Part shown: in pieces, positions 7,717 to 11,823 of the stretch
Layout: each line of letters begins with the position of its first letter
How positions within the stretch are numbered: the first letter of the stretch is position 1
Assembly (NCBI GenBank): GCA_041742355.1
Contig: JBGSIV010000134.1
Location: 1 to 11,823 of the forward strand
Length of the DNA stretch: 11,823 bases
From: Candidatus Zixiibacteriota bacterium
GTDB lineage: Bacteria > Zixibacteria > MSB-5A5 > GN15 > FEB-12
Direction: 5' to 3'
The notes under the pieces: model-generated
Told to the model about the DNA's origin: nothing
The model's database searches: none
What the model saw: the letters and a program-made list of their open reading frames with translations, nothing else
Made by a program: the position numbers and the translations under genes

Positions 7717-7744
7717 AAGATACGTGGTTCTTGGAATCCGTCAA
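7717..7744 (-). promoter_or_regulatory. Putative sigma-70 promoter of the S8 peptidase gene
   Basis: Minus strand TTGACG (7744-7739), 16 nt, TATCTT (7722-7717), about 65 nt upstream of ATG 7651. This also argues against the longer ORF start at 7867. Confidence 0.4.
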
Positions 7745-7915
7745 TCGCAAATAGTCATGCTCCCACGCCTGTATGGGCGTCTCCCCACACTTTTCAATGG
7801 CGGGACGTGTCAATTTGTTCCGGTTCTTCTCCTCGGCCGGCACCGTGGGACGGTAAACCGGTATCAATCAAGGCGGTTTGCGGGGGAACGGGGCGGGCGA
7901 GGATTCTGCGCCCCT

Positions 7916-7931
7916 GGGCATACGCTGTGCT
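7916..7931 (+). promoter_or_regulatory. Putative sigma-54 (-24/-12) promoter of the prepilin gene
   Basis: gGGCATACGCTGTGCT: GG (7917-7918), 10 nt, GC (7929-7930) in a GGCA...TGCT context, about 73 nt upstream of ATG 8004. It lacks the usual T before GG and has GTGC rather than TTGC. Confidence 0.5.
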
Positions 7932-8003
7932 GAAGAGGAGGCAGGAAAGTCTCGAACCAGCGCCCGTTCTCGAGGCGAGGACGGCAGAAAATCGAGGAAC
8001 GGT

Positions 8004-8510
8004 ATGAAGCAGATATGCAGATCCAATCGAGGAATCACGCTGATGGAACTGATGGCGACCGTGGTCATCATCGGCATCGTCGCCGCTGCGGCCGTGCCCC
8101 GGTTTGACGAGGCGTTTGAGCGCATTCGGTTCCGCAGTGCCAACCACGACATGGTCTCGAGCCTACGGCTGGCCCGCTCGGCCGCGATCACTGACAAGGA
8201 GCAGTTCGGCGTGTATTTCGACCCGAATACCCGGCTGGTGACGCTCTTCCGGGATATCGTCTCGCCGACCTCGTTCCAGTTCAACAGCGGCGATTCGGTG
8301 ATCCGGGTGGATACGCTGCCGCCGGAGGTCAACTTCCTGGGCACGGATCTGTCGGGGGACGTGATCGTGTTCCGGCCGAACGGTTCGGCCCAGTTCACGG
8401 GCGGGGGAAACGTGGTGCTTCTGGCGACGACGGAGAACATGGTGGCAATTTCGGCGCACAATATCCTGGCTTCGACGGGCCGGGTGCAGAGCTGGTCCCA
8501 CTACTATTAA
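8004..8510 (+). CDS. Type IV prepilin-like protein, FimT/FimU/GspH family (168 aa)
   Basis: Start re-called at ATG 8004 (SD GAGGA at 7994-7998). Class III signal MKQICRSNRG|ITLMELMATVVIIGIVAAAAVPRF with Glu+5; SSLRLARSAAI helix, VIVFRPNGSA and C-terminal TGRV are typical of GspH/FimT. Confidence 0.88.
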   Translation: MKQICRSNRGITLMELMATVVIIGIVAAAAVPRFDEAFERIRFRSANHDMVSSLRLARSAAITDKEQFGVYFDPNTRLVTLFRDIVSPTSFQFNSGDSVIRVDTLPPEVNFLGTDLSGDVIVFRPNGSAQFTGGGNVVLLATTENMVAISAHNILASTGRVQSWSHYY

Positions 8511-8531
8511 TAGCGCGGGCGCACTGAATTA

Positions 8532-8574
8532 GCGGGCTCCGTTCCGATGGCCGGGACGGGGCCCGTTTTCGTTT
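8532..8574 (+). terminator. Rho-independent terminator after the prepilin gene
   Basis: About 15-bp stem GCGGGCTCCGTTCCG (8532-8546) / CGGGACGGGGCCCGT (8552-8566) with G-U pairs, followed by TTTCGTTT. Confidence 0.75.
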
Positions 8575-8609
8575 GGGGGGGCGTCAGGTAGCGGCAGGTC
8601 AAATAATGG

Positions 8610-8636
8610 TAAAGACCCCGCCAATCCCGCCGATAA
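8610..8636 (+). promoter_or_regulatory. Sigma-28 (FliA/SigD/WhiG-type) promoter P1 upstream of pilM
   Basis: TAAA (8610-8613), exactly 15 nt, GCCGATAA (8629-8636): a perfect match to the sigma-28 consensus. Confidence 0.8.
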
Positions 8637-8704
8637 CATATCAGACTCTGAACAGATGACAGATTGTGAAGAGATGATCGTGGTCGGCTATCGCCGCCGG
8701 TGGG

Positions 8705-8731
8705 TTAACCGGCCGCGAATCATGCCGATAT
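8705..8731 (+). promoter_or_regulatory. Second sigma-28-type promoter P2 upstream of pilM
   Basis: TTAA (8705-8708), 15 nt, GCCGATAT (8724-8731); the -10 box matches the SigD-type variant and ends 43 nt before ATG 8775. Confidence 0.65.
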
Positions 8732-8774
8732 AGTTGATAAGAAAAGAAACACTCCTTTAACCGAAGAGTTGCAT

Positions 8775-9827
8775 ATGCCATTCGCTCGAGGAAGCAAAAG
8801 CACGGTCGGCCTGGACATCGGGGCCAGCAGCATCAAGCTGGTGAAACTGGACCATACCAAGTCGGGCTACGCGGTGAGCGCGGTAGGTATCCGCGAGCTG
8901 CCGCCGGAGGCGATTGTCGCCGACGAGATTCGGGATCGAGAAGCGGTCATCTTCAATATCCAGTCGCTGATCGATCAGACGGATCCGAAAATCAAGAACG
9001 TGGTCATCTCGCTGGCCGGCCACGGGGTCATCACCGATCGGTTCACGATCGACAAGAAGACCGGGGCGGAGGCGGAGCAGGCGATTCTCTTTGAGACGGA
9101 GCAGCGGGCGCCGTTCGATGTCGACGACGTTTCGCTGGACTACCATGTCGTCCGGGTGGACGACGAAGCGAACAAGATGGATGTTCTGCTGGTCGCGGCC
9201 CGCAAGGAGTTCCTCCAGATGCAGATGGACATCATCGCCGACTGCGGCCTTCGCCCGGTGATCGTCGATGATGATGCGCTGGCCATTTTCAACGCCTACG
9301 AATACAACTACGACATCGATCCCGCCAAGGTAACCGCACTGGTCAACATCGGCACCGACGTCACGAACCTGACCTACATCGTCGACGGGATGTACCATTC
9401 GACCCGCGACGTGTCGGCCGGGACGCGCGAGGTGTTCAACTCGGTGCAGAAGGAGTTCCGGCTTAATCCGGAACTGGCGAGCAAGGCGATCAAGGGCGAA
9501 ATGGCCGATACGATCGACCAGGACATGCTCAAGGCGACGATCATATCGGCGACCGACGAGCTGCTGTCGGGGATCGAGCTGGCCTTCTCGTACTTCCGGT
9601 CGCAGTCGAAGGTCGATGCGATCGACTGGATCGTTCTTTCCGGCGGCGGCGCGCTGACGCCGTACCTGCCGGAGCTCTTGCAGTCCAAGCTGAACATTCC
9701 TCTGGAGATAGCGAATCCGCTGCGGAAGATCGACTATGATCCGGACCTGTTCCAATACATCCAGCCGGAGAAGATCGCGCCGCTGTTGGCGGTATCGGTT
9801 GGACTGGCGATGCGGAAGGTGAGGTAG
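8775..9827 (+). CDS. pilM: Type IV pilus assembly protein PilM (actin-like)
   Basis: VGLDIGASSIKLV, PFDVDDVSLDY, VLLVAARKE, ALVNIGTDVT, VLSGGGA, EIANPL, AVSVGLAMR. ATG 8775 is preferred over TTG 8769. Confidence 0.96.
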   Translation: MPFARGSKSTVGLDIGASSIKLVKLDHTKSGYAVSAVGIRELPPEAIVADEIRDREAVIFNIQSLIDQTDPKIKNVVISLAGHGVITDRFTIDKKTGAEAEQAILFETEQRAPFDVDDVSLDYHVVRVDDEANKMDVLLVAARKEFLQMQMDIIADCGLRPVIVDDDALAIFNAYEYNYDIDPAKVTALVNIGTDVTNLTYIVDGMYHSTRDVSAGTREVFNSVQKEFRLNPELASKAIKGEMADTIDQDMLKATIISATDELLSGIELAFSYFRSQSKVDAIDWIVLSGGGALTPYLPELLQSKLNIPLEIANPLRKIDYDPDLFQYIQPEKIAPLLAVSVGLAMRKVR

Positions 9828-9834
9828 GACGACC

Positions 9835-10593
9835 ATGATAGAAATCAACCTGCTCCCCAAGGGATATCGAAAGAAGCAGGTCAGCTTCTCCGTCGGCAAG
9901 AGCGGCGTGTACGCTGTTGCGGGCGCCATCGGCGTGGTCCTCATGCTGATCGGCGTGACGGTCTTCCAGATCAACCAGCTGGCGTCGCTCAACGGCAACA
10001 TCGAGAAGGCGCAGCAGCGCGCGGCGATGCTCCAGAAGGACATCCAGCTGGTGGATGCGCTGACGGATGTGAAGGAGAAGATCTCGGCGCGGATGGCGGC
10101 GGTCGAGCAACTCGACAGCCACCGCTCGGCCTGGGTGCGGATCCTGGAGGACATCAGCGTCAACGTGCCGGAGTTCGTGTGGCTGGGCCGCTTCACCGAG
10201 AAGTCGCTGGAGGCCGATTCGGCCAAGCCGGCCGCGAAGCAGCTGGCTTATTCGACCGTGCAGTCGCAGCAGCCGGCCGAGCCGGTGGAGACGGCGGCGC
10301 CGACACCGAGCCCGACGGGTCCGAAGATCATGCCGGTCGAGGTGGAGGGTTACGCCTTCACGCTCAATGCGCTCGCGTCGTTCATGATCAACACGATGCG
10401 GTCGGACTACTTCGAGGAAGTCGAGCTCGTTTCAACCAAGGAGACAACGCTCGGGGAATACCGGGCTTATAACTTCGTGCTTTCGGCGAAGCTGCACTAC
10501 CTGTCGGACGACGAGTTGCAGGGACGGGTGGCCCAGGCCGAGGCGGAGAAGGCGAGCGAGGAGTCCCAGACCCGCCACAAGAGCTTAAACTGA
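9835..10593 (+). CDS. pilN: Type IV pilus assembly protein PilN
   Basis: N-terminal PilM-binding motif MIEINLLP, single TM helix, coiled coil, then WVRILEDISVNVPEFVWL and VEGYA...FEEVEL; follows pilM. Confidence 0.93.
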   Translation: MIEINLLPKGYRKKQVSFSVGKSGVYAVAGAIGVVLMLIGVTVFQINQLASLNGNIEKAQQRAAMLQKDIQLVDALTDVKEKISARMAAVEQLDSHRSAWVRILEDISVNVPEFVWLGRFTEKSLEADSAKPAAKQLAYSTVQSQQPAEPVETAAPTPSPTGPKIMPVEVEGYAFTLNALASFMINTMRSDYFEEVELVSTKETTLGEYRAYNFVLSAKLHYLSDDELQGRVAQAEAEKASEESQTRHKSLN

Positions 10594-10605
10594 GGAAGAT
10601 AGGCG

Positions 10606-11226
10606 ATGGATTTAAAAGACTCGAAAACGCAGAAGATTGCGCTGGGCGTGCTGGCTTTCCTCATCGTAGCCTACTTCTGGTACTCGCGGTTGTACGTGCA
10701 GTACGACGATCAGATCTCCCTGAAGAGTCAGGAGTTCGAGACGATCACGACCAACCTGCGAAACGTTGAGCTCAAAGCCAAATCGCTCGATGCCCTGCAG
10801 TCGGAGTACACCGACCTGATGGGCCGCTACCACGAGATCGAGGCGCTGCTGCCGGAAGTCAAGCAGATACCCTCGCTGCTGGTGCAGCTGCACACGGCGT
10901 CGTCGCTGACCGGGACGCGCATAACCCGGATCGAGCCGACCCCGCTGCAATCACAGGACTTCTACAACATAGCGTCGTTCAACATCGAAATGACCGGGAC
11001 GTACCACGATTTCGGCGACTTTATCAGCTACGTGGCGAATTTCCCGTTCATCGCGAACGTCTCCGGAGTGGAGATGACGGCGATGAAGCTGATGGTGAAC
11101 AAGGAGTCCAAGGAAGAGAAGAAGGGATTTACGGACCTGTCGGAAAAGGAGACGCTGACGGCGAAGTTTACCCTGTCAACGTACTTTGTCAAGGATGAGG
11201 AACGTCTCAGTGAACTCGTTCTGTAA
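10606..11226 (+). CDS. pilO: Type IV pilus assembly protein PilO
   Basis: N-terminal TM helix, coiled coil, LLPEVKQIPSLLVQL, GTYHDFGDFISYVANFPFIANV and C-terminal LSTY; SD GAGG at 10592-10595. Confidence 0.93.
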   Translation: MDLKDSKTQKIALGVLAFLIVAYFWYSRLYVQYDDQISLKSQEFETITTNLRNVELKAKSLDALQSEYTDLMGRYHEIEALLPEVKQIPSLLVQLHTASSLTGTRITRIEPTPLQSQDFYNIASFNIEMTGTYHDFGDFISYVANFPFIANVSGVEMTAMKLMVNKESKEEKKGFTDLSEKETLTAKFTLSTYFVKDEERLSELVL

Positions 11227-11242
11227 CGAAGTGAGGTACCCG

Positions 11243-11823
11243 ATGAACAAGGCATTTGGACTCATTTGCGCGATTGTCATTCTTGCCGCAGGGCAGGCGT
11301 TCGCCGGAAAGGTGACGAACGTTGGGCTGTCCTGGCAGGACGGGTTCACCGTTGCACGTCTGGACGTTCAGGGAGCCGTTCGCTTCTCCCATCAGACCGA
11401 AGAAGCCAAGGACGGCAAGCCGTACCGGGTGATTGTCGACGTGCTGTCGGCGACCCACCAGCTCGGCCAGAAGAACTTCTTTGAACTCCCCCCGTGCCCG
11501 GTAACCAAGATTCGCACCAGCCAGTACGCCGTTGAGCCGGAACAGGTGGTGCGGATTGTGTTTGACATGAGCCGCGAGTGCGTCTACCAGATCAAGTCGG
11601 ACGACAAGGGGATCACCGTGTCGTTCAGCGATGCCGGCGGGAAGTCGTTTGCTTCCTGGTCGAGCACGTCCTGGATTGCGGCGCAGCAGCCGAAGGCATC
11701 TGCTCCGGCGGTGGCGCAGGCACCATCCCCGGCGGCGAAAACCGCCGAGCCGGCTCCGAGCAACAAGACGACGCAGCAGAATCAGTCTATTAATAGTGAC
11801 CGCCTGGCGAGCCTCGAGGGTTC
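11243..11823 (+). CDS. Secreted AMIN-domain protein (N-terminus of secretin PilQ, or an AMIN fusion in the pilP position); runs off the right edge
   Basis: Not in the ORF track. SD GAGG at 11233-11236. Manual translation: MNKAFGLICAIVILAAGQAFA|GKVTNVGLSWQDGFTVARLDVQGAVRFSHQTEEAKDGKPYRVIVDVLSATHQLGQKNFFELPPCPVTKIRTSQYAVEPEQVVRIVFDMSRECVYQIKSDDKGITVSF, then an Ala/Pro-rich linker. PYRVIVD and IRTSQY...VVRIVFD are AMIN hallmarks. The frame is open to the window end. Confidence 0.85.
   Translation, partial: MNKAFGLICAIVILAAGQAFAGKVTNVGLSWQDGFTVARLDVQGAVRFSHQTEEAKDGKPYRVIVDVLSATHQLGQKNFFELPPCPVTKIRTSQYAVEPEQVVRIVFDMSRECVYQIKSDDKGITVSFSDAGGKSFASWSSTSWIAAQQPKASAPAVAQAPSPAAKTAEPAPSNKTTQQNQSINSDRLASLEG

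Noticed and set aside
7652..7867. 72-aa N-terminal extension of the S8 ORF given in the track
   Set aside because: The signal peptide starts at Met73 (ATG 7651), which has an SD, and the extension overlaps a plausible promoter.
7878..8003. 42-aa N-terminal extension of the prepilin ORF
   Set aside because: ATG 8004 has an SD and gives a normal short basic class III leader; the extension overlaps the candidate sigma-54 promoter.
8575..8774. Possible c-di-GMP/c-GAMP (GEMM) riboswitch upstream of pilM, also considered at GGTAAACC near 7852
   Set aside because: I find no GNRA-capped P2 stem or GCAAA/receptor P3 arrangement; the GGTAAA upstream of pilM is better explained as the sigma-28 -35 box.
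1..11823. CRISPR arrays, IS/transposase, integrase, prophage, defence genes, tRNA or rRNA
   Set aside because: I saw no regularly spaced repeats, terminal inverted repeats, relevant protein motifs or cloverleaf structures; the window reads as core chromosome.

Overview
GC-rich bacterial chromosomal segment with no mobile element, CRISPR array or rRNA/tRNA that I can recognise. On the left is a minus-strand, translationally coupled operon: a membrane protein with a degenerate signal peptidase I (S26) domain, a HAD phosphatase, and ogt (truncated by the window edge, absent from the ORF track). The centre holds a CtpA-type S41 protease, an M29 aminopeptidase and a convergent secreted S8 subtilase with PKD, cohesin-like and dockerin-like C-terminal modules. 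The right holds a stand-alone FimT/GspH-like prepilin, then pilM-pilN-pilO and a secreted AMIN-domain gene (truncated, also absent from the ORF track). The dockerin style and the FCB-type CtpA and S8 suggest an FCB-group organism, possibly candidate division Zixibacteria (inference). Four points stand out. (1) Tandem sigma-28-type promoters lie in front of pilMNO, one a perfect TAAA-N15-GCCGATAA, next to a sigma-54-type promoter for the orphan pilin. (2) The signal peptidase I homologue has lost both catalytic residues. (3) One protease carries both a cohesin-like and a dockerin-like module. (4) An AMIN protein with no lipobox sits in the pilP position.
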